Both the position numbers and the translations under genes were made by a program. A stretch of DNA of 64,000 nucleotides from assembly GCA_038203745.1 (NCBI GenBank), contig JBBRDR010000001.1, positions 12,357 through 76,356 on the forward strand, in the 5' to 3' direction. Below are positions 17,700-29,093 of this stretch, one piece after another. The notes under the pieces were generated by a model. That model had not been told where the DNA came from, searched no databases, and was given only the letters and a program-made list of their open reading frames with translations. Position 1 is the stretch's first letter. Every line of letters starts with the position of its first letter. This DNA is from Burkholderiales bacterium (GTDB lineage: Bacteria; Pseudomonadota; Gammaproteobacteria; Burkholderiales; Rhodocyclaceae).

Positions 17700-19910
17700 G
17701 TGAACAAGAACCCGAACAAAGCCGTCCGGTTCTGGCTCGTGACGGGAGCCTTGGCGTACCTCATTATTCCTTGGTACGCCATTCAGGATACTGCATGGTA
17801 TAGCGTACTGCTACAGATCCTAGGTGGTGCCGAGACCGCCAACGGCGTTGTGCAGGCGTTTGTCAACGGCCGAATTTGGCTCTTGTGCGGAGTGCTTGGG
17901 CTCGGGATCGCTGCTATCGGCTTGGCGGTTCCGCCGGGACGGCCGCAAAGCATATGGTTTTTGACCGGTGGACTTGGCGGTTTTGCAGGCTTACTTGGCT
18001 GTGGTTTTCTGATCGGGGCGACCGGATGGTCGTTCGACACTTTCAATGCGGTGTTTGGCGAACTGGCAGTCAACCAGTTTGGCATGGGCATCGGTGGTTT
18101 TATCGCCCTGATGTCATTGTTGATGATTTCTGCGTTCGGACTGGCGCGGCTGGGCTACTTCAAAGGCGATCTGTTTGTCGCCTCCGCCGTTATCGGATGC
18201 TCTACCTTGCTGGCCATGTTCATCGCATTTCCGGTGGTCAAGGCGTTGTACAGCGCCTTTCTGGATCCCGAAGGACACTTTGCCCTGCTGGCCATATTCA
18301 GACGCATCGGTGATGAACGCATCTGGGGGTTAGGTTGTCTGGCTGACGGGGTGCGTTGCGGCGTCGCCTGGAACACGCTGTTTTTGGCCCTGTGCGTTGC
18401 TCTCGGAACAACGGTGCTTGGCACCATGATGGCACTGCTTGCAGAGCGCGCCGCCGGGCCGCGCGTCCAGACACCGTTGCGCGTTGTCGCTTTGCTGCCG
18501 ATCATCACGCCCCCGTTTGTCGTCGGTCTTGGCCTGATTCTTCTCTTTGGGCGTGCCGGTATCGTTAACCAGTTTCTTGAATACGCCTTCGATATTGAGC
18601 CCACGCGATGGTTCTATGGTGTGCTTGGCGTGTGGATCGCGCAAATGTTTGCTTTCACGCCGATTGCTTTCATGATCATGCGCGGCGTGGTGCAAGGCCT
18701 CGCCCCAAGCATGGAAGAAGCGGCCCAAACCCTGCGTGCAGACCGTAAGCAAACCTTTTTTACCATAACTCTGCCGTTGCTCAAGCCGGGTTTGGCCAAC
18801 GCTTTCCTGGTGGGCTTTATTGAGAGCATTGCTGACTTTGGCAATCCGATTGTCGTCGGGGGCCAGTTTTCGGTTCTTTCAACCGATATCTTTTTTGCCA
18901 TAGTTGGCGCCCAGTACGATCAGGGGCGAGCGGCCTCGCTGGCATGGATACTGACATTGTTTGCTTTGGGCGTTTTTGCGCTGCAGCATGCCCTCCTTGG
19001 CAAGCAGCAGTACACCACGGTCAGTGGCAAGGGTGATTCGGGTATCGCCATGCCGCTCCCGGATGCAGTGCGTCGCACCCTGAACGCCGTGGTCTACCCA
19101 TGGCTGGCCTTCACCATGGTTGTTTACCTTTTTGCTTTCATTGGTGGGTTTGTCCAGACTTGGGGACGCGACTACACATTCACGCTGGTGCACTTCAAGA
19201 CCGCGTTCGGGCTGGAATGGGGTCAGTTCGGTTTGGTCTGGGCCGGAACCGCCTGGAACTCGCTGTTTACGACACTGAAACTGGCCGGCATTTCGGCGCC
19301 GATAACTGCGGTCGTTGGCCTGTTGATCGCCTATCTGCTGGCGCGCACGGATTTCAAGGGACGCGGCATGTTTGAGTTTGTCGCTTTACTGGCGTTTGCC
19401 ATTCCGGGTACGGTGTTGGGGGTGAGCTACATTCTGGCTTTCAACGTTCCACCTGTGGAATTGACCGGAACCGGGCTCATCATTATCTTGTGCTTCATGT
19501 TCCGTAACCTCCCGGTCGGCGTCCAGGCGGGAACGGCCGCTTTCAAGCAACTGGACAAGTCGCTTGATGAAGCCTCACTGATGTTGCGCGCCTCGACGGC
19601 TCAGACTCTGTTCAATGTAGTCTTGCCATTGCTCAAGCCGGCACTGATTGCCGCCCTGATCTACAGCTTTGCACGCGCCATGACCACCGTCAGTGCCGTC
19701 ATTTTCCTGGTCACGGCTGAGAACGAATTGGCGACCACCTACATCATCGGCCGTGTGGGTAACGGGGATTACGGCGTTGCGCTGGCGTACTGCACCGTTC
19801 TCATCATCCTGATGTCGCTGATCATCGCGATGATCCAGTACCTCGTGGGTGAGCGTAAACTCGGGCGGAGAAAAACGGGCGCGGCACCCACCGTCCTTGC
19901 TGTCAATTGA
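17700..19910 (+). CDS. afuB: ABC transporter permease with duplicated EAA domains (AfuB/FbpB family)
   Basis: MEEAAQTLRA and LDEASLMLRA EAA loops; 736 aa, hydrophobic. Confidence 0.8.
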   Translation: MNKNPNKAVRFWLVTGALAYLIIPWYAIQDTAWYSVLLQILGGAETANGVVQAFVNGRIWLLCGVLGLGIAAIGLAVPPGRPQSIWFLTGGLGGFAGLLGCGFLIGATGWSFDTFNAVFGELAVNQFGMGIGGFIALMSLLMISAFGLARLGYFKGDLFVASAVIGCSTLLAMFIAFPVVKALYSAFLDPEGHFALLAIFRRIGDERIWGLGCLADGVRCGVAWNTLFLALCVALGTTVLGTMMALLAERAAGPRVQTPLRVVALLPIITPPFVVGLGLILLFGRAGIVNQFLEYAFDIEPTRWFYGVLGVWIAQMFAFTPIAFMIMRGVVQGLAPSMEEAAQTLRADRKQTFFTITLPLLKPGLANAFLVGFIESIADFGNPIVVGGQFSVLSTDIFFAIVGAQYDQGRAASLAWILTLFALGVFALQHALLGKQQYTTVSGKGDSGIAMPLPDAVRRTLNAVVYPWLAFTMVVYLFAFIGGFVQTWGRDYTFTLVHFKTAFGLEWGQFGLVWAGTAWNSLFTTLKLAGISAPITAVVGLLIAYLLARTDFKGRGMFEFVALLAFAIPGTVLGVSYILAFNVPPVELTGTGLIIILCFMFRNLPVGVQAGTAAFKQLDKSLDEASLMLRASTAQTLFNVVLPLLKPALIAALIYSFARAMTTVSAVIFLVTAENELATTYIIGRVGNGDYGVALAYCTVLIILMSLIIAMIQYLVGERKLGRRKTGAAPTVLAVN

Positions 19911-19951
19911 ATTTGGGCATTCGGTCTGTGGTCTGCAAAGGAAACCATTGA

Positions 19952-20998
19952 ATGAGCTACGGCGTTGAATTCAGGAACATCACCAAGCGTTACGGTGCGG
20001 ATCCCAGTGGTCCGTTGGCCGTCAAGGGCATCAGCTTTGGCGTCGAAAAAGGGACGTTGACCACTATTCTCGGTCCTTCGGGATGTGGCAAGACTACGGT
20101 GTTGCGAATGATCGCCGGGCTGGAGTCGCCAACCAGCGGTCAGATCCTCATGGAAGGCAAGGACGTGACCACGCTTGGTCCGGCGGAGCGCAACGTGAGC
20201 ATGATGTTCCAGAGCTATGCCTTGTTTCCGCACATGAATGTTGTGGAAAACGTCGGATACGGTTTGAAGATGTCAGGCGTTCCCAAAGCGGAGGTGCGTA
20301 GCCGTGCCGTTGACGCCCTGAAAAACGTGGGCCTGGTCGGCTACAACGAACGCATGCCCAGCGAACTTTCGGGCGGGCAGCAACAGCGTGTGGCATTGGC
20401 GCGTGCGTTGGTGCTGGAGCCCGGCGTACTGCTGTTTGATGAGCCGCTGAGCAATCTGGATGCGCGTTTGCGCAGGGAAATGCGCGAAGAAATACGCGCA
20501 TTACAACAGCGGCTTAGCCTCACCGTTGCCTACGTGACTCACGATCAGAGTGAGGCGCTGGCTGTCAGTGACCTGATTATCGTAATGAACGACGGGCTCA
20601 TCGCCCAGAGCGGTCCGCCACAGGAAATGTATGAGCGCCCTGATAGCGAATTTGTTGCCGGTTTCATGGGCGAGGCGATGCTTTTCCCCGGTGAGTCAAA
20701 ATCTGACGGGCGTGTACAGATGGGACCCTTGATTATCACGCCAAAACAGCCGGTAGTCGCGGGTGCCGTCAAGGTGGCTGTGCGTCCTGAAGCCTGGCAG
20801 ATTGATCGCAACGGTGACGGTGTGACCGGAAAGCTGATCAAGTCGTCCTACCTGGGCAGTTACTTTGAGTACACTTTCGATACGGTGCTGGGTAACATTT
20901 TTGTGGTGTCGCCTGATCTGACCGATGTGCTGCCGCTCGGAACCCAGGTCGGGCTCTCTCTGGCCAATCATGGGGTGTCTGTTGTCAAGCTTGCGTAA
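19952..20998 (+). CDS. afuC: ABC transporter ATP-binding protein (AfuC/FbpC family)
   Basis: GPSGCGKT, LSGGQQQ, LLFDEP and YVTHDQ motifs plus a TOBE tail. Confidence 0.85.
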   Translation: MSYGVEFRNITKRYGADPSGPLAVKGISFGVEKGTLTTILGPSGCGKTTVLRMIAGLESPTSGQILMEGKDVTTLGPAERNVSMMFQSYALFPHMNVVENVGYGLKMSGVPKAEVRSRAVDALKNVGLVGYNERMPSELSGGQQQRVALARALVLEPGVLLFDEPLSNLDARLRREMREEIRALQQRLSLTVAYVTHDQSEALAVSDLIIVMNDGLIAQSGPPQEMYERPDSEFVAGFMGEAMLFPGESKSDGRVQMGPLIITPKQPVVAGAVKVAVRPEAWQIDRNGDGVTGKLIKSSYLGSYFEYTFDTVLGNIFVVSPDLTDVLPLGTQVGLSLANHGVSVVKLA

Positions 20999-21074
20999 TC
21001 GGGTTTAAGGAGACCTTCCGGACTCCTCTGTGCTGATGAGCAAAGGCGCCTTTCGTTCGCTGAATTCTTTCTGA

Positions 21075-21917
21075 GTGCAAAATAATATGTACGGGTTGAT
21101 CGATCTGCACAATCACACAACCCGTTGCTGTCACGCAACCGGAACGATGGGGGCGTATGTCGAACGTGCGCAAGCTCTGGGCTTGCGTGATTTTGGCTTT
21201 TCCGATCACAGCCACTGGATGCTGCGCGGGACAGGGAAACGTTACGCGATGCTGGCCGACGAATTGGATGATTACGTTGCCGACGTTCAGCAGTTGCAGT
21301 CAAGGTTCAACAGAGCGGGCGAGAATCCCTTCAATATCAGGCTGGGGATGGAGATGGACTTCATTCCGAGTCGCCTCGCTCTGGCGCGGGAGGTTCAGCG
21401 CCGTTATCCGTGGGATTACATCATCGGGTCGGTGCATAACATCGGGTTTGAGAAACTGCAGGAACCCGAAATGTACAGTCTGTGGAAGGCCGAAGATGTC
21501 TGTGAGTTGTACTTCCATCAGCTTGGACAAATGGTGAGCGAACGCTATTGCGACATAATTGGGCATATTGATTTGCCTAAAAAAATGGGTAGCCGCCCAG
21601 CGTGCGGTTTGCTGCGATATATTGAGCCACTGATTCCCGATTTGCGTGTAAGTGGAATCGCCGTAGAAATCAATACTTCCGGGCTGGATAGTCCGGCACA
21701 CGAGTTCATGCCAGGCTGGGATGTGATCAAAGCGCTGGCAGAGGCGGGTGTGTCCTTGACCCTGGGTTCGGACTCGCATTCGCCTTACCAGGTAGGCAGA
21801 CACTTTGCCGAAGCCTTGGCCGGATTGAGGCAACTCGGGGTGCGTGAATTAGTTAGCTTTGAATGCCGGCAGAGAATTGCTGTTCCGCTGGATGAGATTT
21901 TGTCCGTATCCGAGTGA
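21075..21917 (+). CDS. PHP-family phosphatase (histidinol-phosphatase HisJ/HisK-like)
   Basis: DLHNHT, SDHSH, GMEMD, IGSVH, GHIDLPK, EINTSG and GSDSH motifs. Start may be ATG 21087. Confidence 0.88.
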   Translation: MQNNMYGLIDLHNHTTRCCHATGTMGAYVERAQALGLRDFGFSDHSHWMLRGTGKRYAMLADELDDYVADVQQLQSRFNRAGENPFNIRLGMEMDFIPSRLALAREVQRRYPWDYIIGSVHNIGFEKLQEPEMYSLWKAEDVCELYFHQLGQMVSERYCDIIGHIDLPKKMGSRPACGLLRYIEPLIPDLRVSGIAVEINTSGLDSPAHEFMPGWDVIKALAEAGVSLTLGSDSHSPYQVGRHFAEALAGLRQLGVRELVSFECRQRIAVPLDEILSVSE

Positions 21918-22126
21918 GTCCCGGTGAACATATGGCAAGGCACCCAGCCGGGACGCGGGTTGGGGGAAAGTTGTATTGGATACTTCGGTAAGTCTCCTAT
22001 TGCTGGAGTGATTGTATTTACTATGATCAGACTGTCGGGCTTTACAATTCATAAACCTGTTATCTTTCAGCGAACTGGCGTAAAATCCGCATCCCCTCAG
22101 CCATTCCGCAAGACGAAGATTTCCCT

Positions 22127-24034
22127 ATGCAGTTTCCTGATCGTTTCGATGTGATCGTGGTCGGTGGTGGCCATGCCGGCACCGAGGCAGCGTTGGCCGC
22201 CGCTCGCATGGGCGCCAAGACGCTGCTGCTTACCCACAGCCTCGACACGCTCGGGGCGATGAGTTGCAACCCGTCGATTGGCGGCATCGGAAAGGGGCAT
22301 CTGGTGAGGGAAGTCGATGCGCTCGACGGCGCCATGGCTTCAGCCACCGACGAAGCCGGTATCCAGTTTCGCATCCTCAATTCGTCCAAGGGGCCGGCAG
22401 TACGTGCGACGCGCGCGCAGGCTGACCGTGTGTTGTACCGGCAGGCGATACGTCATCGCTTGGAGAATCAGCCCAACCTTACCTTGTTTGCTCAGGCCTG
22501 CGACGACCTGATCATCGAAGGCGAGCGCGTAACCGGCGTGGTGACACAGCTCGGTGTGCGTTTTGCGGCACTCAGCGTAGTTCTGACCGCGGGTACTTTT
22601 CTCAACGGCAAAATTCACGTCGGACTATCGAACACCACCGGCGGGCGCATGGGCGATATGCCATCGGTGTCACTGGCGGCACGGTTGCGTGAATTGCAGC
22701 TCCCGGCCGGCCGGCTTAAGACCGGCACACCGCCGCGCCTTGACGGGAAAACCATCGACTTTTCGGTGATGGAGGTGCAGCATTCCGATAATCCTCTGCC
22801 GGTTTTCTCCTTCCTTGGCTCGGCAAGCCAGCACCCGAGTCAGATGCCGTGTTGGGTGACCAGTACCAACGAGCGTACGCACGACATCATCCGTGCCAAC
22901 CTGGATCGTTCGCCAATGTACACTGGCGTGATCGAGGGCGTCGGGCCGCGCTACTGTCCCTCGATCGAAGACAAAATTCACCGTTTCGCATCTAAGAATA
23001 GTCACAATATCTTCCTTGAGCCGGAAGGTCTGACGACGCACGAAATCTACCCAAACGGGATCTCAACAAGCCTGCCTTTCGACGTGCAGCTTGCGCTGGT
23101 GCGCTCGATGAAGGGGCTGGAGAACTGCCACATCCTGCGTCCCGGCTATGCCATTGAATACGACTATTTCGATCCGACCGGCCTCAAGGCCTCGCTCGAA
23201 ACCAAGGCGATCAACGGCCTGTTTTTCGCCGGGCAAATTAACGGCACCACGGGTTACGAGGAAGCCGCCGCGCAGGGTCTGCTGGCGGGTGCCAATGCGG
23301 CCTTGCAGGTGCAGGCCAAACCGGCGTGGGCGCCGCGGCGCGATGAAGCCTATCTGGGCGTATTGGTCGACGACCTGATAACACGGGGCGTGTCAGAGCC
23401 CTACCGGATGTTTACCAGCCGTGCCGAATTCCGCCTTTCCTTGCGTGAAGATAATGCCGACATGCGCTTGACCGAGCATGGGCGTCGCCTAGGTCTGGTT
23501 GGAGAGGTTCGCTGGGCGGCCTTTTGTACCAAGCGTGAAGCGATTGCCCGCGAGCAGGCGCGTCTGCGTTCAACCTGGGTACATCCCTCCAAATTGGCGG
23601 TTGAAGAGGCTACGCGTGTACTGGGCAAGCCGATCGAACGTGAATACACACTCTACGATCTCCTGCGCCGTCCGGATGTGAGTTATTCCAGCCTGATGTC
23701 GCTGAACGTGGGTGACGTACCACTGGATGCCGGTCTGTCCGACCCGCTGGTCGTCGAGCAGGTGGAGATTCAGGCCAAGTATCAGGGCTACATCGACCGC
23801 CAGGTCGATGACGTGGCCAAAAGTCTGGGCAATGAGGAAACGCAATTGCCGGAGGATATGGATTTCAGCGGCATCGGCGGTTTGTCGAACGAGATTCAGC
23901 AAAAACTGACCCGGCACAAACCGCAAACCATTGGCCAGGCGTCGCGTATCCAGGGTATGACGCCGGCGGCGATTTCCATTCTGTTGGTCCATCTCAAGCG
24001 CGGCACACTGGATGCCGCACGAAAGATCGCATGA
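22127..24034 (+). CDS. mnmG: tRNA uridine-5-carboxymethylaminomethyl modification enzyme (GidA)
   Basis: [34 protein letters not shown] and [16 protein letters not shown]. Confidence 0.98.
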   Translation: MQFPDRFDVIVVGGGHAGTEAALAAARMGAKTLLLTHSLDTLGAMSCNPSIGGIGKGHLVREVDALDGAMASATDEAGIQFRILNSSKGPAVRATRAQADRVLYRQAIRHRLENQPNLTLFAQACDDLIIEGERVTGVVTQLGVRFAALSVVLTAGTFLNGKIHVGLSNTTGGRMGDMPSVSLAARLRELQLPAGRLKTGTPPRLDGKTIDFSVMEVQHSDNPLPVFSFLGSASQHPSQMPCWVTSTNERTHDIIRANLDRSPMYTGVIEGVGPRYCPSIEDKIHRFASKNSHNIFLEPEGLTTHEIYPNGISTSLPFDVQLALVRSMKGLENCHILRPGYAIEYDYFDPTGLKASLETKAINGLFFAGQINGTTGYEEAAAQGLLAGANAALQVQAKPAWAPRRDEAYLGVLVDDLITRGVSEPYRMFTSRAEFRLSLREDNADMRLTEHGRRLGLVGEVRWAAFCTKREAIAREQARLRSTWVHPSKLAVEEATRVLGKPIEREYTLYDLLRRPDVSYSSLMSLNVGDVPLDAGLSDPLVVEQVEIQAKYQGYIDRQVDDVAKSLGNEETQLPEDMDFSGIGGLSNEIQQKLTRHKPQTIGQASRIQGMTPAAISILLVHLKRGTLDAARKIA

Positions 24035-24678
24035 CACAAGCGGCGCAGCTTGAGGAAGGTTTGGCGACGCTGGGCATCGATTTGCCGGATGTCTCACAGC
24101 AAAAACTGATCGATTACGCCGCCCTGCTGTACAAATGGAACAAAACCTACAGTCTGACAGCGTTGCGCGAAGAAGAGAAAGCGGTCAGTCATCACCTGCT
24201 CGATTCGCTGTCGGTGTTGCCCTTCGTGCCCTCAGGGCGCTTGTTGGATGTCGGCAGCGGCGGGGGTATGCCCGGGATTCCGCTGGCGATCGCTCGCCCG
24301 GATTTGCGCGTAACCTTGCTGGATAGTAATTCCAAGAAGACGGCTTTTCTCCAGCAGGCGGCAATAGAGTTGGGTTTGCTCAATATTTCCGTTCACTGCG
24401 GGCGGGTCGAACAGTATCATCCGACGGTTGGCTTTTCAGCGATTGTCTCGCGTGCGTTTTCAAGTCTGGCGGATTTCGTGGGTTTGTCAAAGCACTTGCT
24501 GACCAAAGAGGGGCGCTGGTTGGCCATGAAGGGTGTGTGGCCCCATGACGAAATTGCGTGCTTGCCCGCCGGGGTGCAGCTTGAAGCCGTGCATCGCCTG
24601 CAGGTGCCGGGCGTTGAGGGTGAGCGTCATCTGATTGTTTTGTCCGACAAGAGCGAAAAAAGCAACAGGGAGAGTTGA
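24031..24678 (+). CDS. rsmG: 16S rRNA m7G527 methyltransferase (GidB)
   Basis: [17 protein letters not shown] and SRAF motifs; follows mnmG. Confidence 0.96.
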   Translation: MTQAAQLEEGLATLGIDLPDVSQQKLIDYAALLYKWNKTYSLTALREEEKAVSHHLLDSLSVLPFVPSGRLLDVGSGGGMPGIPLAIARPDLRVTLLDSNSKKTAFLQQAAIELGLLNISVHCGRVEQYHPTVGFSAIVSRAFSSLADFVGLSKHLLTKEGRWLAMKGVWPHDEIACLPAGVQLEAVHRLQVPGVEGERHLIVLSDKSEKSNRES

Positions 24679-24679
24679 G

Positions 24680-25480
24680 TTGGCAAAAATACTGGCAATA
24701 ACCAACCAGAAGGGCGGGGTGGGCAAAACGACGACAGCCGTCAATTTGTCGGCTTGCCTGGCTGATCTGGGGCAGCGTGTGCTGATGATCGATCTCGATC
24801 CCCAAGGCAATGGCACTACCGGTTGCGGGGTGGTCAAACGTGAAGCGCTGCCCACCGTCTACCAGATACTGATCGGCCGCTCAACGCTGGCCGAGGCGCG
24901 TATCCGGACAGCCTTTGGCTTTGACGTCCTGCCGGCAAATCGCGAACTGGCCGGAGCCGAAGTTGACCTCATCGAAATGGGCGGACGTGAGTACCGACTT
25001 CGCGACGCACTCGCGCCAGTACTGGGTGATTACGATTTCGTTCTGATGGATTGCCCGCCGGCGCTGAATATGCTGACGGTCAACGGACTGGTCGCAGCCG
25101 ATGCTGTAATGATTCCGATGCAGTGCGAGTATTACGCGCTGGAAGGTCTGACCGATCTGGTGGCAACGCTTAAGAAAGTGCGCGCCAACCTGAATTCAAA
25201 GCTTGAAATCGAAGGCCTGCTGCGCACCCTGTACGATCCACGCTCAACCCTCACTCAGCAGGTGTCGGCCGAACTGGTTGGTCATTTTGGCAGCAAGGTC
25301 TACCGCACCATTATTCCACGCAATGTGCGGCTGGCTGAAGCGCCGTCCTACGGCAAACCGGTTACAGCCTTCGACCGCCAATCCAAAGGCGCGCAGGCCT
25401 ATATGTCGCTGGCGCAGGAAATACTGGATCGCCGTGATGGGGTGGTTCGTGAGGTACAGAAACAAGGAGCAGAGGCATGA
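24680..25480 (+). CDS. parA: Chromosome partitioning ATPase
   Basis: NQKGGVGKTT, DLDPQGN, DCPP and PRNVRLAEAPSYG. TTG start at 24680. Confidence 0.95.
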   Translation: MAKILAITNQKGGVGKTTTAVNLSACLADLGQRVLMIDLDPQGNGTTGCGVVKREALPTVYQILIGRSTLAEARIRTAFGFDVLPANRELAGAEVDLIEMGGREYRLRDALAPVLGDYDFVLMDCPPALNMLTVNGLVAADAVMIPMQCEYYALEGLTDLVATLKKVRANLNSKLEIEGLLRTLYDPRSTLTQQVSAELVGHFGSKVYRTIIPRNVRLAEAPSYGKPVTAFDRQSKGAQAYMSLAQEILDRRDGVVREVQKQGAEA

Positions 25481-26325
25481 AACTCAAAGGACTTGGTCGC
25501 GGGCTCGACGCCCTGTTGGCCGGTAATGAATCGCAGAGTAGGGAGCAACAACGTTCCCTGCCCGTAGGCCATCTGCAGCCGGGCAAGTATCAGCCGCGTA
25601 CGCATATGGACAGCGCCTCGCTTGAGGAGCTGGCGGCCTCGATACGAAAACAGGGCTTGATGCAGCCAATCCTTGTCCGCCCGTTGGGCAACGGGATTGG
25701 CGACGACCGCTACGAAATCATCGCCGGTGAGCGCCGCTGGCGTGCTGCGCAGATGGCCGGGTTGACCGATGTGCCGACCCTGATCCGCGAAATCCCGGAC
25801 GAATCGGCGTTGGCCATGGCGCTGATCGAGAATATCCAGCGTGAAAACCTCAATCCGCTGGAAGAGGCGCAAGGCCTGCAACGCTTGATCGATGAATTCT
25901 CCATGACGCATCAGGAAGCAGCGGATGCGGTAGGCCGTTCGCGCCCGGCCGCGTCAAATTTGCTGCGCCTGTTGCAACTGGTGGCACCAGTACAGGAATT
26001 GCTGATGCGCGGCGAGATTGACATGGGGCATGCGAGGGCGCTGCTGCCTTTAACAGGAGCACTGCAGATCCAGCTAGCGCAGCGCGTGGTGCAGAAAGGT
26101 TTGTCGGTGCGCGATGCCGAAAGGTTGGTGCAACATGCCCTGAAGCCGCCTAAAGAGCTTGTGGACAAGGCGCCGGACCGTGATGTGCTGCGTCTGCAGG
26201 ACGAGCTTTCCGATTTTCTTGGGGCACAAGTTGAAATACGCTCCAACAAAAAGGGTGCTGGAAAAATACAGATCGAATTTGGTGACCTTGATCAACTGGA
26301 GGGTATTTTGCAGCGCATGCGCTAG
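25477..26325 (+). CDS. parB: Chromosome partitioning protein
   Basis: [24 protein letters not shown] and ENIQRENL. Confidence 0.96.
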   Translation: MKLKGLGRGLDALLAGNESQSREQQRSLPVGHLQPGKYQPRTHMDSASLEELAASIRKQGLMQPILVRPLGNGIGDDRYEIIAGERRWRAAQMAGLTDVPTLIREIPDESALAMALIENIQRENLNPLEEAQGLQRLIDEFSMTHQEAADAVGRSRPAASNLLRLLQLVAPVQELLMRGEIDMGHARALLPLTGALQIQLAQRVVQKGLSVRDAERLVQHALKPPKELVDKAPDRDVLRLQDELSDFLGAQVEIRSNKKGAGKIQIEFGDLDQLEGILQRMR

Positions 26326-26425
26326 TAATTTTGCGGTGCGGCCGCACGAAAGACTTGAATTCCTTTGCCAGACGGGCTGCCCTGAATCGGGATGAGGTGT
26401 TACAATGCGCGACCGCATGAGGATA

Positions 26426-26454
26426 TTGACGGCGCTTTTTAAAGGTCTTATAGT
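26426..26454 (+). promoter_or_regulatory. sigma70 promoter of the atp operon
   Basis: TTGACG, 17-nt spacer, TATAGT. Confidence 0.75.
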
Positions 26455-26500
26455 AGACTAAACGACTTGCAACAAATTGTCATTTTTTTGCATTGTACTA

Positions 26501-26860
26501 ATGTTTAGAGCTATCCTTCTGCAGGTAGGGGCAACACTAATAACAGCGTTAGCGGCTGGAATGTACGCAGGAACGCGCGGGGCGGTGTCGGCAGCATTGG
26601 GTGGTGCAGTCTGTGTGCTGCCTAATCTTCTGTTTGCCTGGCGTCTGAAGTTTGTGGCGAATCGGCCTGGGGTTTCATTTCCTGTCAATTTCTTGCTTGG
26701 CGAACTCGTCAAGCTTGCCGCGACAATCGGTTTGCTGATTATTGTTGCTCGTGAGTATGCCGATCTGCACTGGCCTTCGCTGCTGATTGGTTTGGCGCTT
26801 GCCTTGCAAGCAATGTTTTTTGCTTTCTGGAAAAGAACTGATCATGTCAACAGGTCATGA
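26501..26860 (+). CDS. atpI: ATP synthase protein I
   Basis: Four TM segments, SAALGG...LPNLLFA and GELVKL; first gene of the atp operon. Start taken as ATG 26501. Confidence 0.85.
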   Translation: MFRAILLQVGATLITALAAGMYAGTRGAVSAALGGAVCVLPNLLFAWRLKFVANRPGVSFPVNFLLGELVKLAATIGLLIIVAREYADLHWPSLLIGLALALQAMFFAFWKRTDHVNRS

Positions 26861-27713
26861 AGCGGCTGCAAACGCCCCAAGCGCGGGCGAATATATACTT
26901 CACCACCTAGGCAACCTGAATTCTGCAGGGCACCCTCAGTCCACGATAATCGATTTTTCGATCCTCAACTACGACAGCGCATTTTTCGCAATATTCCTCG
27001 GGTTTCTCGGGCTTTTTCTCATGTGGTTGGTGGCGCGCAAGACCACTTCAGGTGTTCCTGGGCGGGCCCAGGCTGCACTCGAGATACTTATTGAGATGAT
27101 TGCCTCGCAGACCAAAGGTATTGTCAATAACGAACACTCGCGCAAGTTCGTCGCGCCGTTGGCGCTGAACGTTTTTGTCTGGATTTTCATGATGAACGCA
27201 ATGGACTTTTTGCCGGTCGATCTGTTGCCGACCCTGTGGCAAAAGGTTTCTGGCAATCCGCACGCCTATCTGCGCGTGGTTCCGACAGCCGATCTCAACG
27301 CGACGCTGGGCTTGTCGATCGGTGTGCTGCTCGTCTGTTTCTATTACAACATCAAGATCAAGGGCCTCGGCGGTTGGATTCACGAACTGTTTGCCGCCCC
27401 GTTTGGCAATCATCCCTTACTCTACCTGCCGAATTTCCTGATGCAGTGTATCGAGTTCATGGCCAAGACGGTTTCACACGGCATGCGGCTATGGGGAAAT
27501 ATGTACGCAGGTGAATTGCTCTTTCTGTTGATTGCACTGATGGGCATGGCGGCACCAACACTATCGCTTGGTGGCGGAGCTGCATTGTGGGCCGGGCACG
27601 TTTTTACCGGTACGCTGTGGGCACTGTTCCATATTTTCATCGTTATCTTGCAGGCGTTCATCTTCATGATGCTGACTCTGGTCTATATTGGACAGGCACA
27701 TGAAGGGCATTGA
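26844..27713 (+). CDS. atpB: ATP synthase F0 subunit a
   Basis: MNAMDFLP, SHGMRLWGNMYAGEL and LQAFIFMMLT. Start taken as ATG 26844. Confidence 0.97.
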   Translation: MSTGHEAAANAPSAGEYILHHLGNLNSAGHPQSTIIDFSILNYDSAFFAIFLGFLGLFLMWLVARKTTSGVPGRAQAALEILIEMIASQTKGIVNNEHSRKFVAPLALNVFVWIFMMNAMDFLPVDLLPTLWQKVSGNPHAYLRVVPTADLNATLGLSIGVLLVCFYYNIKIKGLGGWIHELFAAPFGNHPLLYLPNFLMQCIEFMAKTVSHGMRLWGNMYAGELLFLLIALMGMAAPTLSLGGGAALWAGHVFTGTLWALFHIFIVILQAFIFMMLTLVYIGQAHEGH

Positions 27714-27766
27714 TCGGAGATAGCAGTGCGCGGCTTTTTTGGAATCGATTTTTTTTGGTAATTTAA

Positions 27767-28024
<258 letters not shown>

Positions 28025-28071
28025 ACTTTTCTTGACAGACATTTCGTCCATTCCATGGGAAGGGCTCTAAC

Positions 28072-28542
28072 GTGTATCTGAACGCTACGCTGTTTGCACA
28101 GATCGCTGTGTTTTTCATACTCGCGTTATTTACGATGAAGTTCGTGTGGCCTCCAGTCATGAAGGCCCTTGATGAACGTGCATCAAAGATCGCGGAAGGC
28201 CTTGCAGCTGCTGAACGCGGGCGGCAGAGCCTCAATCTCGCTGCCAAGCACTCGGCTGAAACTGTACGTGAAGGCAAGGACACGGTCGCCAAGATTGTTG
28301 CTCAGGCAGAAAAGCGCGGGCAGCAGATTATCGAAGATGCCAAGGTGCAGGCCAGGATCGAAGCTGACAAGGTGATTACTGGTGCCAAGGCGGAAATCGA
28401 GCAGGAAGCCGCGCGCGTCAAGGAGTCTTTGCGCGAACGTGTGGCCGAATTGGCCGTCGCCGGGGCTGAAAAAATTCTGTGCCGCGAAATTGATGCCAAG
28501 GTGCATGCTGACATGCTGGCTGCGATCAAACAGGACCTGTAA
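28072..28542 (+). CDS. atpF: ATP synthase F0 subunit b
   Basis: NATLFAQ...KFVWPP and the charged coiled coil. Confidence 0.96.
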   Translation: MYLNATLFAQIAVFFILALFTMKFVWPPVMKALDERASKIAEGLAAAERGRQSLNLAAKHSAETVREGKDTVAKIVAQAEKRGQQIIEDAKVQARIEADKVITGAKAEIEQEAARVKESLRERVAELAVAGAEKILCREIDAKVHADMLAAIKQDL

Positions 28543-28547
28543 AGCTC

Positions 28548-29084
28548 ATGGCTGAATCTATCACCATCGCTCGTCCCTATGCTCAGGCAGTTTTCCGTCT
28601 GGCGCGTGAAGGCAAGACGCTGGCGGTCTGGTCTGATCGGCTGCAGCGGCTTGCACTCGTTGCTCAAGATGCCGAAATGTCCAAGGTCGTTGGTAATCCG
28701 AAGTTTTCCGCCGGGCAGGTCGCGGATCTGTTTGTTTCTCTGACCGGTGAAACCGGGAGCAAGGAGCTGGCCTCATTTGTGGGCATCCTGGCCGAGAACG
28801 GACGGCTCGACGTCCTGACGCAAATACAGGAAATCTACGAGCAGTTGAAGAGTGCAGACGAAGGAGTCGAGGACGCTGTAGTTACCAGCGCCTACCCTCT
28901 CGATGCTGCACAACTGAAAAATCTGATGAGCCAACTTGAGGCGCATTTCGGTAGCAAACTCCAACCTCATGTCGAGGTGGATCCAGCACTGATTGGCGGA
29001 ATCAAAGTGGCGGTTGGTGACCAGGTGCTCGATGCTTCCGTTCGCGGCAAGCTTGATGCAATGGCCGCGGCGCTTAAGAACTAG
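28548..29084 (+). CDS. atpH: ATP synthase F1 delta subunit
   Basis: TIARPYAQA and DPALIGGIKV...DASVRGKL. Confidence 0.96.
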   Translation: MAESITIARPYAQAVFRLAREGKTLAVWSDRLQRLALVAQDAEMSKVVGNPKFSAGQVADLFVSLTGETGSKELASFVGILAENGRLDVLTQIQEIYEQLKSADEGVEDAVVTSAYPLDAAQLKNLMSQLEAHFGSKLQPHVEVDPALIGGIKVAVGDQVLDASVRGKLDAMAAALKN

Positions 29085-29093
29085 GAGAAATAC

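Noticed and set aside
16659-20998. Default 'Fe3+ ABC transporter (fbpABC)' call
   Set aside because: The binding protein lacks the FbpA Tyr-Tyr ligands and shows AfuA-type motifs.
21918-22126. oriC upstream of mnmG/gidA, as in E. coli
   Set aside because: No TTATCCACA-type DnaA box cluster or AT-rich 13-mer repeats are visible.
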